DNA from: Caecitellus pseudoparvulus
Taxonomy: Eukaryota > Protista > Bigyra: Bicosoecida
Direction of reading: 5' to 3'
Length of the DNA stretch: 64,000 bases
Assembly: GCA_965644315.1 (NCBI GenBank)
Contig: CBFFRQ010000013.1
Span: forward strand, 558,001 to 622,000
Shown: one piece after another, positions 24,101 to 33,392 of the stretch
How positions within the stretch are numbered: the stretch's first letter is position 1
How the letters are laid out: the number at the start of each line of letters is the position of its first letter
Made by a program: the position numbers and the translations under genes
Notes under the pieces: model-generated
Databases searched by the model: none
The model's input: only the letters and a program-made list of their open reading frames with translations
Told to the model about the DNA's origin: nothing

Positions 24101-25003
24101 GGCATCATTTCTTGCTTTGCAATGATGCTTCCAGCGCAAGCCCGAGCTTTGGTTCTGCACGGACTGGCTGGCCTGGGCTCTGCAGCGTTCTGGATTTCAG
24201 GGGGAATGATGGACATGGTGGACCAGTCCACCCTGCGCCAAAAACAGCGGCGCATGCGCACTGCTTCCATGGCAGTTCGAGACGATTCACGCAAGGAAGT
24301 CAAACCCCTCTCAGGACAGGAAGCCATCCCAGAAAGGGCCCAACCACGCCCTGGGGTTACACCGCGCACCCGCCGCAGGAGCTCCATTCACATGAGCAAC
24401 CCCATGCTGTCTGCCAAACCTTCGCAGACTGGTGCTGGAGGAGGTGAACATTCCCTTGGCGAGATCAGTGACCCAGAAGGACAGAGCGAGCCAGGAAGGA
24501 AAGCAGGTGTTGATGGGAAAGTGCAGGGAGAGAATCCCGCGTTCAAGCACCGGGCCGCCCTGGCCACGCGAGGCAGACTCACAACGCTTGCCATGCAAGA
24601 GCTACCACAGCAGGCCCACGCCAATCCCAAGGATTACCAACAGCGCGCTGCAAAGAGCGCTCGCAAACTCATCCGACCGTCTTTGTTTTTCGGACAGCGC
24701 ATTTCGTTCGCGGGAGCCGTCGGTGGGGCTCGACACAAGCCTCGAACAGGCAGCACGTCGTCCATGCCAAGCCTGGACGGAGCTGTGGTGCCTGTCTTCA
24801 ACCCCATGCTGCAGGCCCGATCTGGCAGTGTTCGCAGCGTGGGTGTCGCCAGTTTGCTCCGTGCCAGCAATGCCCGTGCAGCAAGCACTGTCAATTCGGC
24901 AGCTCCTCGCAGAGCGCACTCCTCCAGTACACGATCTCGTCTCCGAACGGCCAAAATGGGTCTGGGCTCTCGAAGAGCTCAACACCGGCGACCCCAGCTA
25001 TGA
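15167..25003 (+). CDS. 3' half of the giant receptor: FG-GAP propellers, Ser/Thr/Pro mucin stalk, Ig/BACON-like domains, Cys-rich (GCC2/TNFR-like) repeats, multipass (about 7) TM region, cytoplasmic tail
   Basis: Uninterrupted ORF with motifs DVDKDGLKDLAFG, DIDGDGHLDMLTGAP, DLNGDGVPDL, DLNDDGYGEIVVGCP; CLACPAGT and CSPCPDGTFS...CASCP; several hydrophobic helices after about 22110. Confidence 0.88.
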   Translation, partial: YLHPRTGDFSTTAGEYASTREVGRALLPLDLRCDGDSELFIGAPGSEFSHASCTGTKAYGSVWLAGIPDAPGQFSPVLKEGIAGSLLPPPGICQRELQTCGSSLTIIGDVDKDGLKDLAFGCGSDSFPSASGEGVMTARVHYDGHLSMIAFIENTFGTLLPSEISSMTQYTSGFGLSVAGFQEDIDGDGHLDMLTGAPFADSGKGVALVMLLSHGQYSSSVVLKSGHRGVPALDLGSQLAWGLAPLGDVNGDGLRNDFAASCPGHAESSILLGWLNSTVFVQDATFLSMTSMGTDGPQFSLRLEQGMASHLHVHGGGVAPDLNGDGVPDLFMSNLMDRRSEASPFEVGAAFIVYMNSDYSMRSFEVVRPTLKTTSTASPNIFSGLSSGTGPLFWGNLALMGDSEGDGSLSMYISAWGDVDTSSTATGSLTRLEWQPPATYLGRGVRAFAQKEVGHATCILQDFEELNPVLDPSLAALSAFAGGGTDDERFGEAFTPIGDVDHNGVVDILVGSPTFNHASEEKGAVTILHMRNDLTVKEAARIDPLTTTAWADLALGGSPMAKCSQGMAWAGDLNDDGYGEIVVGCPSTASNFVGGGAILSLDAAGALGSIFELRVDVTPNVDSSDFLYPSRALTGLEQLGYSVAVLNDGWPDSSRAVILMGMPYASATSSYIEVGGVALFLFDKSTMSVVESNMFGDLHPGSIVLSNYAHFGHAVSAIGDLDNDGEAREITVCTHDSDVETDVYLIELEDDMDWTSRATVEQVKRISAATDVDDQGTGPWVGWPHYRTTSEGFGIDGSSASLLTQGDADARWLLFGSAWAVGGSQEGALFVMTMRPRTVNDATFHRFHHIPADYAGAVEVFNFNMARTWRTAVLGDLNGDGTLEVGFGSGNADFGGVNNVGHLFIASLDLQGELAPKTSFITSATPTPTSTPTSSVSSTPTKSPTSTPTASMTTTQTPTQTSTATPSSTPTQSETPSPSATSSGSSTPTGTVTQTSTPSRTSTQSSTSTPSSTGTATPSPSVTRTPSRSASPTQSGSGTPSTTATETPSPSPTRTSSSSSTATSTPTPSTTATATTSPTGTSSGTVTGTATRSATQSSTPSVTASGTVTGTATRSSTPSVTATASASATVSGSGTPSNTPSLSAGASPSGSSSGTASRSVTPSPSATSTLTPPSSPSASVTGTATSSVSASGTPSSSSSATQSTTGTPSPSVTSSPSHSATASRSPTASSSVSGTSSRSPTPSMTATSSMSMTASRTASASLGVSPSGTSSATKSATATSTFSPTVTASLTATPSGSGTETPSGSPQATTSTSPSSSPSESGTRAASPLPTSDPTPSPSASVTPSSSPIGTATATATASATRSVSPTTTCSSSPSQTKSASVTPSASKAATATAVAAPDSLGGELGSDVWFIEVLPSSVAPVRLQPAVDGKRWKVQSLTLRIGVHQDGWIAGVRAMQSASSKASLSAAAVPPQSWNSAALAALQSEVQDSQQQPETVPVVSIAGSSSSGMMSTNGTVIAERLQLNVSLRNAEAPTPGVHLFELLVYKQTSGVQLTKVVVPVLLAVPQLGVSPNSVRHLVRPADSSMTSDSRTRLSIANSGNAALSWSAQLLEAPCWLALLPVQGQTACGSGPSDACVRGTLPADFTDSLILSINTHLLQAGQHQADVQIDSSAGHMTVPVVVVVTAVSVCPSELRITGLAPPSSMRLGESQLDVHASVAISNVGEAPLRVLSVHGISATPDEVASALQPSLEVCGSRGNGSSTIETALRELTAVSGKPDWLFGIVSTPGSAIDADVQSSAASAANVLVLENSRDIMVGSTGELNLGIRQNVSTSLGRSLGSVSASVVVLLLDLARNSTEARVVSVELESVAGSHSAATSLVVLTSNQLSAAQRPLITDQTATLVGSAATRVALVALKDALGRPRPAGHDALNALLSNDEGDALHQPCAPYDTLALGLTRGQVRAFELQHEAATQVLQSLDRSMPHLDTLTAHLEGGGSLHSVHVEAQNSRPMTFVVQAESIPISRGLHAASPISAVLTGDTRCRGNAGYAVPGALDLSKVGLGPGELLPISQGASSLRRRLVPSRLVARVITEPANCSAPNTVQDPANGLTCTCWPGYARDPEVPAADVTSETLRCLACPAGTARRGGTLRSLEEEGACSPCPDGTFSLAGWHSCASCPRHMQCAGGLVFVAAGHALLDAASASAFARGLVDTHAGTGSGSGLDPVADAQGLAQPPPVDFTAKATRCPNPFACTVGGQINVSAATGVLRRTTCAPGHDAASDLCADCLPGFEHDPPAAGSSGACTICPTQSAAASKVAMLVLVSVSVYVLVLVSWFHPKHGPGLLPPALIVFQKRGSMDVKEARSTRFRRASLASQRRPSAVAIDATNPMLSGSSRPRSKQDSMERSHQLFIHPASPGLLWSVAGPHMQVTKRESAQILEPQVRMRVRGGAPKWVLSWDSVNREVPTGPYHALYDSMIQTGRREMPLPFVPAAPPPMDAALRTFSGVALFMFLQLSARLAETRLGTNAYSSSTSAVPHMAALFPISSLDAACLFGGALRGYSRFTAGIVMAFAAIPAAALIAVIAGGILCLLRSAPARAEKALGKRTDPRSRRASVPGASLKTVTQSWLASLEAPEQPSVAHLVLAALALLLPGVLPESISIMTTAVLNTTPNGRGGTNLLSDFSRPIGSTEHAAYVAAALSTSLLLVCLPVAGVVTCHSVCSGEMSRRAMRQVALVGGGASSQAPFPPSSFWQAGKTHVCSSVVVGSAWRVGGLLWGWVRPTAWWWHLLVFAMSCCLALVQGSVNSIWGRMYVADLVLLTLWLLFEWIRPYASHRVVGAPRFIAPHAPRLVLPPHLLVSSIDSRSEAPAPEPSSIEPGVHAAGQRAARALLGVEARLRTRLARLLLVLLALQAGLAHMAFVWQLSLFAGPAGSADAAEATGTPPGSLQDSLIGSASPESLRAAVFAFSWLHWIALWVGIISCFAMMLPAQARALVLHGLAGLGSAAFWISGGMMDMVDQSTLRQKQRRMRTASMAVRDDSRKEVKPLSGQEAIPERAQPRPGVTPRTRRRSSIHMSNPMLSAKPSQTGAGGGEHSLGEISDPEGQSEPGRKAGVDGKVQGENPAFKHRAALATRGRLTTLAMQELPQQAHANPKDYQQRAAKSARKLIRPSLFFGQRISFAGAVGGARHKPRTGSTSSMPSLDGAVVPVFNPMLQARSGSVRSVGVASLLRASNARAASTVNSAAPRRAHSSSTRSRLRTAKMGLGSRRAQHRRPQL
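17930..19350 (+). repeat. Mucin-like S/T/P low-complexity coding repeat (TPSxSxT type)
   Basis: About 470 codons dominated by Ser/Thr/Pro/Ala; includes a near-exact local duplication at 18411-18530. Confidence 0.9.
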
Positions 25004-25251
25004 GCAGTGAGCTATTGCAGTATCTCGTCGCCGCGTCTGGCCTGAAGCAGCCCTCTCAATTCACCCGTGCTCTCGCAAAAATGAACCCGCACATATCCCT
25101 TCATCGCTAGCTAGTCGCACTTGTGCACGAGAAAAACCCTCCAGCAACCCGCAGATCGACGTGTGTTGCTCAAGAGCACCCGATCTGCCCCCAATTTCCG
25201 CAGGCAATCAACTCCTGACTTCATTGCCTTCGCAGACCCGCCCTGAACGCC

Positions 25252-25687
25252 ATGGCAGACGACAAGAACCAAGGTGGAAGCACATGCTGTGCAAGCAAAG
25301 CCTCGTGGAACTCTTGGTGCGTCGCGGGTACAGCAAGTGCCCTCATTGGCCGCGTATTTCGCTGACGCGGAGGAGTACCTGTTTCGCACTCAACTTCACG
25401 AGGCTCTGTGGCACAGGGGGCTGTATACGAACGAAGCCGACCCCCGCATTTTCGTTCCCAAGCAAAACCCATGGATGGGCTGGACGGTCAACATGGGTGA
25501 GTCTCGGCGCGAGCGCCAGCGTGCGCCATTCACCCCGGCCCACCACGCCGAACCGCACGCCACTTGTCTGTCCACGCCGGCAGGCCACCCATGGGGCATG
25601 CCAACTCTGGGCGCCATGATCGCCGCTCCTTTACTCGTGGCTGCAGGCGCCTTTGTCGCGAACAAGTACAGACAGCCCAAGTTGTGA
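25252..25687 (+). CDS. Small membrane protein with a DUF5808-like motif
   Basis: LYTNEADPRIFVPKQNPWMGWTVNMG|HPWG after removing in-frame intron 25497-25583, then a TM helix; probable first intron 25274-25337. Confidence 0.7.
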
Positions 25688-25783
25688 TGTGATGGCTTTC
25701 ACGACTCACCCAACCCGAAGCAACCCGAACCAAGCTGAGCCAATGCAAGCCGCAACCTGAACTGCAGCATAAGAAGCAGGGTG

Positions 25784-26365
25784 TCAAGTGGCACTCCTTG
25801 CTGGCGCCGGAGCCTTGGCGGCCCCACCAGCAACGCAAGCTTGGTCGGCAGTGTCCCTTTGCTCCTGCGGTTGCAGGTGGGAATGCAAAGCCGCCAGCCG
25901 CAGGAGGATGTCTGGTGATGACACCTCGTCGACCTCTACACCCCTAGCTGACAGCTGTGCAACCCCTTCGCACTGGACAAAAGTGTCGGGCTCGCGCTGC
26001 GCCAACACGACGCGTGCGATTCCCGCTTTCAGCAGACGGCTTGTGCACGGTTCGTTTCCAGACAGGCGCGTCGAACATGGCTCCATAGTGCTGTACATGG
26101 TGCCTCCGGCTGCACACTCCTTTCCGTGGGTGGCCTCCGCCTTCATCAGGGCGCACTGCTCAGCGTGGGTATTGCCTGGCAACTCGCGGCTGAAGCCAGA
26201 GGCCAGCACGTCGCCGCTCTTGTTCAGGAGCACTGCGCCCACGCTGAATGCCGATGGCGTTGCTTCACACCTCTCAGCCTCTGCCACTGCTTTGAGCATA
26301 AAGGACTCATCTTTCTTCCGCTGTTGTTCAGCTTTGGATAGCTCAAGCATTGAATCCGATGCCAT
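25784..26365 (-). CDS. Zinc-dependent pyrimidine deaminase of riboflavin synthesis (RibD N-domain / Rib2 DRAP-deaminase type)
   Basis: AFSVGAVL...GFSRELPGNTHAEQCAL...YSTMEPCS...PC (HxE and PCx8C zinc motif). Confidence 0.82.
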   Translation of the reverse strand: MASDSMLELSKAEQQRKKDESFMLKAVAEAERCEATPSAFSVGAVLLNKSGDVLASGFSRELPGNTHAEQCALMKAEATHGKECAAGGTMYSTMEPCSTRLSGNEPCTSRLLKAGIARVVLAQREPDTFVQCEGVAQLSARGVEVDEVSSPDILLRLAALHSHLQPQEQRDTADQACVAGGAAKAPAPARSAT

Positions 26366-26772
26366 GGGAGCAGGCGAATTCCGCAGCGGCGGGCAAGGCG
26401 CTCTCCAGCACGAAGCCCGCTGCCGCTTCTGGCGCAGCTAGCAGACTTTCTGCGAAAAGGATTGCCTCTGAGGGGGGGGGGAGTGGGGCGTTCGTTGCGT
26501 TTTGATTTCCAAGCGTGCCCCTGTCGAGCCTTGGGCATTCACTCCTGTGCCAGCCTCCCCACGTTTCGCACGAAAGGATAAATCATCGAGAGCAGGTGGT
26601 ATATGCAACCCAAGAAAGCTTGTTATCACCCGTGATTTGCACAGTTGTGAGCACACCCAGCAAGAGCTCCCAAAGTAGTGCCGGCATCAAGCGCAGATCC
26701 CACCCCGGGTGGATGGCATCTATGCCCACAGACAAGCAAGGTTCACGCGGTTGGCACGAGAAACTGCCTAAC

Positions 26773-29739
26773 ATGCCATTGGTAAGTTCATCCCTGCGCT
26801 TGCTTGCTTCGCGGCGCGCCTGTGGCTGTGTGCCACGTGACGGCAGCACGAGGGCGAAACCTTGGCGTTTCAATCACCGTCCACCCCGCCCTTCCTTGGC
26901 AGCCACTCCTCACCAAGGCTGCCGCGGGTGGCATGGTGGGTGTCATGCTCTACATGCTCTTTGTTCCGTCTGCCGTCTTTGCGGAAGCTCCTGGGAAGCT
27001 GTACCATGATGGCTGGGTGCCATACACAATGGAAATCGATGGTCCACAAGCTGGCACCGTGTCTCTTTGTAAACTGGACCACGACTCGCACGCGCGGCAG
27101 CCCGATCGAATCCCCATGTTCAGAGACCTGGCCAAGGCTAGCCATTGCAAGACGCAACACAGAGACGTCCCGTTGGCAGAGTTTCGCTCAGCCATGCGGG
27201 CCCTGCTAGATGAAGCAGGAGCCGACCAAAGCGAAGCTGATGGGCCCTTCCCGCACCCGATTCCGACAGGCTTCGTCTTTCATGAAGCACGCGTCGGCTC
27301 AACTCTGGTCGCGAACATGCTGGCTTCGTCTAAAATCAATGCTGTGTACGCAGAGAGCACCCCTCCAGTCCAGGTGCTGGGGTCCACCGCGCTCAACGCT
27401 GAGGAGCGCATCCGACTGCTTCAGGAAGTCTTTGCGGCGATGTCACGCGTGCCAGGGCGCAAGCATACCTTCTACAAGTTCCAATCGGCTCTGAGCACTA
27501 AGCCACAACAACTTCTGCAGGCTTTCCCTAACGTTCCATGGGTCTTTCTCTACCGTCACCCTACGGAGGTCATGGCATCCATGTTCCAGACTCTGAGCCA
27601 CCCAGACCAGCTCTCTGGCGGGGGGCCTTGCGTTCGTCACAGAGACAACCCTGCCCCCTTTGTCAAGCAGCTGCTGGCTGTTGACGGGAAAACCGGCCTC
27701 ACCGCAACCAAGCCGCAGTTTTGTGCGGCTCACCTCGCTCACATTTGCAAAGTGATGCACGACGCCCTGGAAGCCCCAAACTCCATGGGCATTCCCATGG
27801 ACTACCGCCTTCTTCCTGGAGTCGTCCCAGCCATTGTTCGAGAGCACTTTAAGCTGCCGCTGAGTGACCCAGACGAAGCGCGCATGCTGGATACGTCCAC
27901 ACAGTACAGCAAAGCACGTGGAAGCCGCGGGGGGGGCTTTGAATCTGATGCCGAAAAGAAGCGCCAAAGCGTACCTGAGGATGTGGAGCGTTGGTCCCAT
28001 GCGTACTTATTCGACGCCTACCACTCCTTGGCCTCCATGACAAAGACCAAGGTGGCCTTCCTGACCAAGGAGCAGAAAGACGATCTGCAGGGTGCCATGG
28101 ACGCAATCGCTGCCAAAGGACCGCCTCGGCGACGCTCTTTGCTGCCCCTCACGGATGAAGCTGACGCCCACCATTCCCAGCAGGCCTTGGCTGCAGGCGC
28201 CACTTTCTTGGCAGCGTGGCGGAGCCTGAGGGAAGATATGGTAAATGAAGGCAAGGCGGAAGCCTTCAACGCCACCAAGCGTGCCGCAGAAGCCGCACGC
28301 CAATCCCTTGCACGCAGGGATAGGCGGCACCTGGCGACAGTACCGCCTGGCATTGACCCGGCCACATGGCCAGAGGGCTTCCAAAACCCGCCTCCCAACA
28401 GCCCAGGAGTTGCAGTGGAGAGCACGCCCATCGGACGACCGCCGCCAGGATACCCCCAATCATTCCCCCTTGTGGACATGCTGCGTGACTGGGATGCTGA
28501 CGACGTGTGGGTGCCGAAGAACTACGGCAAGTACGCATCCTTGAAGACGTTCGACTTCACGAAAGACCTAGCAGAGGCCACCCTGTACCGCGAAATGGAG
28601 GTACCCTTCGTCATCCGCAATGTGCCGGCCCTGCAGGCAGCTGTCAAGAAGTGGTCAGACGAAGGGTACTTGAAGCAGGCCTTTGGGAGCAAGAAAAAGA
28701 TGGTTGAGCATTCGAAGGACAACCACCACATGTTCTACGCGAGAGGGCGCAAGCGCCACGACCCGAACTGGAAGCCGCCAACAGGTGCGCATGCCCGCCA
28801 GACCCCACCTTTTTGCTCCCTGCCTGCGACTCCTGCGCACGCGTTTTGCCCCTTTCGCAGAGGATATTTTCATCTCCTTCTCAGACTGGCTTGACAAGGC
28901 CAAGAAGCTGGGCGCTCAAATCCGCAACGGCGAAGTCATCAACAATCAGACGGACCACTACTACTTCCGTGTGTCTAGTGCAGAGCGTCTGCCAGACGGC
29001 AAGCCTGCCAAGGGTCGCCACAGCGACTTGTTTGACAACCCATTTATTGGCAAGGACCTCAGCATGTTCGATCGAGACCAGCCTTTCTTCATCGTGGACG
29101 GCAGCGAGCAGCGCGGCATCCACTGCCGCTTCGGCATGGAAGGTGTCATGGCGGAGTGCCACTACGATTCGGGCAGGAACTTTGTCGCTCTCATGCGGGG
29201 CATGAAAAGGTACATCCTCTCTTCCCCTGACGAATGCCCAAACCTGGACATGTACATGAAGGGGCCGTCAGCGAGGCACACCAAAGGCAACTGGGGAGAC
29301 ATTGACTATGCCAAGGCGAAATTGGCCAAAGCTTCAGCAATGGAGGCCATCTTGCAGGCTGGGGATATGCTGTACATCCCAAGCGGCTGGTTCCATCACG
29401 TGCGTCGCGCTGTGCCCTGCCACACAGCTCACGCCTGCCCCTCCTGTCGCCCAGCCATGCCTTCACATGGTGCCCCCACTTCTTCCGCAGATCATCAGCA
29501 TGACGCTGAACTACCAGTGCAACACCCGCTCAGGGAACCCCGCCATTTGGCAGGAAGAGATTTCCTCGTGTGGTTTCCGCCTTGGCTCGCCCGAGAAGGA
29601 TTACGAAGCCAGGCATCAAGCACGCCTGGAAGCTGCACAGGCTGAGTACGAAGCCACACACAAGGCGCCCGTGCATCCAGCTGACAAGGTGCCTGCGAAT
29701 GCTGGCCAACCGGTGGGGCTGCGTGGTGGGAACGCTTGA
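26773..29739 (+). CDS. Secretory-pathway protein: sulfotransferase-like P-loop domain + JmjC/cupin_8 2OG-Fe(II) oxygenase
   Basis: Introns 26782-26902, 28785-28860 and 29400-29490 give one open frame. N-terminal signal/TM; GFVFHEARVGSTLVANML and WVFLYRHPTEVMAS (PAPS-binding-like); ECHYD...LYIPSGWFHHI (HxD...H). Confidence 0.82.
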
Positions 29740-29798
29740 GAGTGGGGCGCCTCTTGATGCTGAATGCATTCGACTTGTGGCCGCAGCGCATGCATTCA

Positions 29799-32700
29799 TC
29801 AACGGGTCTCCTGGAAGTCTACATGGGAAAGGAAGGCAGTGTAGTGGATGAGGTCTGGGCCTCGGCGGGAGGTGAACGTGTCTGCCAGAAGGGTGATCTC
29901 TGCGGGGGTAAGCTTTAACCCCCGCTCCGTGTTCAGCACCATCTCGAACTTGGGGCGCGACACGACCCCGTGCCGGACCCTGTCGAACTCTTGGAATCGT
30001 GCCTTCAAGTTCTGGCGCTGCCCTACCACCTTGGCTCGAACAACAGCCACGAGGGCTGCAGCCTCTCCGGACAGCTGCCCTTCCCCGCCTACATCCCGGG
30101 TGACCTCAAAGCGGGACAGCGTCGCTTCGGGTGCCCGCTCCAAGTGCTCCGCGCCACCGTCAATGGCTTGCAATAGGTGCTTGGTCGCAATGTGTGTAGC
30201 GTCCGCTGCCCACTCGTACTCTGCGTGCAGTGTCGTCAGTTGCTCAGGGGAGAGGTGAATGCCAGCGTCCTTGACTGCAGATGCAAACTTGCCCATGGAA
30301 ATGTGCCCCTTGCGCAAGGGGTCAAAATCTCGAAGGTGCTCACCCAGCCGCAAGCCCCGCGTGACGCAGGCTTCCTTCAGGGCGCGCATGACCTCTGCCA
30401 CAGGCGGCAACTCGGCTTCACACATGCCTAGCGCTGCTAGACGCCCCGAAACGGTGAGAGGACCCGTGATCCCGCCCAGTTCTTTGCGCATGGTCGCACT
30501 GGGCGACGCAGTGGCGGCTGCAGCAGTTGACCCCAGCGCCGAGTGGGCACCAGACAAGCGCGGCTGCTCCAGGCGCCCCATCGTGAGCAAGGCGTCCAAG
30601 GTGCTGTCTGAGTTCACTCTGCCATCCACTGGTGGAGGCACAGAAGTGGCAGACATCTGAGTGCCTGCATGTGGGTCCACCGCTGCCATGAACCAGCGGT
30701 AGGACACCTCGAGCAGGTCCCTGGCAGGGGTGGCGAAGGCTCGGCCGATGAGCCGGCGCTGGTCCTCTGAGAGCGGGATGTTCATGCTCGTCAAGGCACG
30801 GGCAAATTGGTTGAAGGGCAGGTACCCCCGCCGGGTGCGGTCAAAGTCCTGAAACACGGGCTTCATGTTCAGGCGCTTGGCAGCTACGAACGCGGCAACA
30901 CCCTGCAACACACTGCGCAGTTCCTGCTCCTCTTGGGCGGACACACGCCTGCCGCCAGCGGTGTCAAAGGAACTGTCTTCGGCACGGGACAGCCCAACAG
31001 CTGAGGCTCCTGCAGCCCCAAGCCGCCTGGATTCCCGCAAGGACACTGGGAGGCCCTCCAATGATTCCGTTATCGCTGCTGAGTGAGCGGCGTGCCCGTG
31101 GACATCAAAGTCTGGGTGCCGCTCGAGGCCTGGTGCAGCCCCAAACACGGCCTCCACATCCTCCACAAGCTTGGTCCACCGCACCATGGGTGCGCCTGCA
31201 GCGTCCAGCACACTTGGCTCCGCGTATGCTGAGGCAAGAGCCGCATGCTCCGGTGGAGTCAAGGAGAGTCCCGCTGCAGAGAGGCCTGTCTCCAACTGGT
31301 GTGCCGTGATGCGTCCCTCTCGCAGGCGGTCGGGGCCCCGGAGGAACTCTGCAAGCCGGATGCGGTTTGCTTTGACGGCAGCCTTGATGCGGAACACGAC
31401 TTGGCGAGCATCGGCGTCGTCGTATGTGAGCGTTGGCGCCTTGGCCGTCACAATCATGGCTTCCTTGGAAAACACATTCACACCCCGCGCGGCATCAGAT
31501 GGATCTACCGCTTCTTTGAATGCTCGCCAGCATACCTGCGTGTTCTTGGACCCTGTGCCGCGGAATTTCCGGACCAGCAACTGCTGCACGTGCGGGTCAG
31601 GCGGCACCAGCGCCGTGGAGGCTAAAACTCGCAGAAACCGCCCCTCGGACACGTGCTCCTCATTGGAGCGGTCAAAGTCCTTGAACATGTTCACCAGCTC
31701 GATGCGGCGGGAGGCGACCTTGGCTCGCATGGCATCCAGCAGTGGCCCTAGTTCCCGCTCCTCTGCCGGGGAGAGCGTCCGAAGTGTGCGCAGCGGCCTG
31801 GACGCAACGCTGCGTGCCCGGGTGTCGAGAGTAGCTGTGGGCGCAGACTCCAGGCCTTTGACTGTAAAGGCCTTGTCGAGCTCCTCGCAAAAGGAGGGGT
31901 AGTGCACCTGGTCGTTGGCGGACTCCCAAAACAGCGCTGTCACCGCTTGACGTGCACCGATGCCGAGACCCGTGAAGTCGAAATTTGCCGCGTGGAGCCC
32001 ACGTAAAAACTGCTCCTTGGTCACATACCCCTTGTGTAGCGGATCAAAGTCCAGGAAGAAGTCCCTTGCCCGAATGCGGCGAGTGGCGGCCTGACGAATG
32101 AGAGCATCCAGGACAGCTTGTGCATCTGCAGTGCTGGCAGCCCGTTCAGCACCCACGTGGCCCTGCAGGGATGCCGTGGAGTGAGAGCCATCAGTCGGCA
32201 CAACAGACACAGGAGACACCGTCGTGTCGAAAGCTCGGTAGTTCACGTCAGCGGCATCCTGAGTCGCGAACGCAGTTGCGATGAGCTCAGCTTCGGATGG
32301 CGACAGCTTGGGGAACAAGCCCAACAGCTCCCTCAAAAAGGACGGGCGAGAAATGTACCCCCACCCAGTCTTGTCCCAGTCCTTGAAGTTCGCCTTGGGA
32401 ATGAGCCCTCGAAGCTGCACTTGCCTGGCACAATGCTCCAGCGCTGTCTCCAAGGCCACCCGTTGCTCTGCAGACAGCTGCGCTGAGCCCCAAGGGCGAA
32501 GAGAGGCTTTGCCTTCAAGGGGGTCTGGCATGGGGTGGTCTGGCCTGCGCTCCAGCCCAGAGTGGCCGAACACCGTGTCCATCTCCCTGCAAAACAGCGC
32601 ATAGTCAAACAGGCCCTTGCCATCCGTGAAGCGCCCGAGAGCCTGCTCATCGGAGGGAGACATGTGAATCTTCATGAGATCCAAAGCGCGACTTGCTTGT

Positions 32701-33004
32701 TCCACGGTGATGCGCTTGTTGCCGATCTTGTCGAAACTCTGAGCAGGGCGGAGCGTGAAGGCAGGAGTGCAAGGCGTGTCAAATTCCGCAGTGAAGCACT
32801 CTTGCCCAGTCTCGTTCAACGCACGGAGAACCACGTGTCCATCCGAACCCGCATCTCCTTCAGTCGCAGTTGCACCTTCTCTTTAAGCTCTTGGACCGCC
32901 TCGTCGCTGGCCCATGTCGATGCAGCCATGTCGACCTGCGCCCAGTCGGGGGCCGATGTGTCATCGCGAAGCTCGAAGTGCTGCGAGGCTTGCCTTCCAA
33001 GCAT
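29799..33004 (-). CDS. Multi-EF-hand protein (EFCAB6-like / flagellar type)
   Basis: Repeated F-x-D-F-D-x-x-x-x-G motifs (FKDWDKTGWG, FLDFDPLHKG, FQDFDRTRRG, FQEFDRVRHG); intron 32739-32824 links to ATG 33004. Confidence 0.82.
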
Positions 33005-33392
33005 GGCTTGCCTCGAAGGCTTGAAGCAAACACACACCAGTACTGTTCAAAACCAAGCACTCACCGAATGATGCGCTGCTGGGAACACGTTGGCAAGCTG
33101 GCCAACTGGAGGAGCAGTCGCAGCCAGCTGGCCCGCCTCCTCACGGTGCAGTGGCACGCAGCACGTCAGCAGCGCTATGGCCTTCACAAACACGATTCAG
33201 TCAGTTGGATGGGGTTGGTTGGTAGTTAATTTTACTTGCGGGGACTGGAAGTGCCGCAGCCAATGCGGGCTGACTGCTGGCAGCTCCTTGCGACGATAGG
33301 CAAGTGAGTGTGATGGAGCTGTCAAGACACCCTGCATTGGCTGCAAGGCCTTCATAGCGTAAGGAAATGACGTTCTCCAAGCAAGCTTCCGA

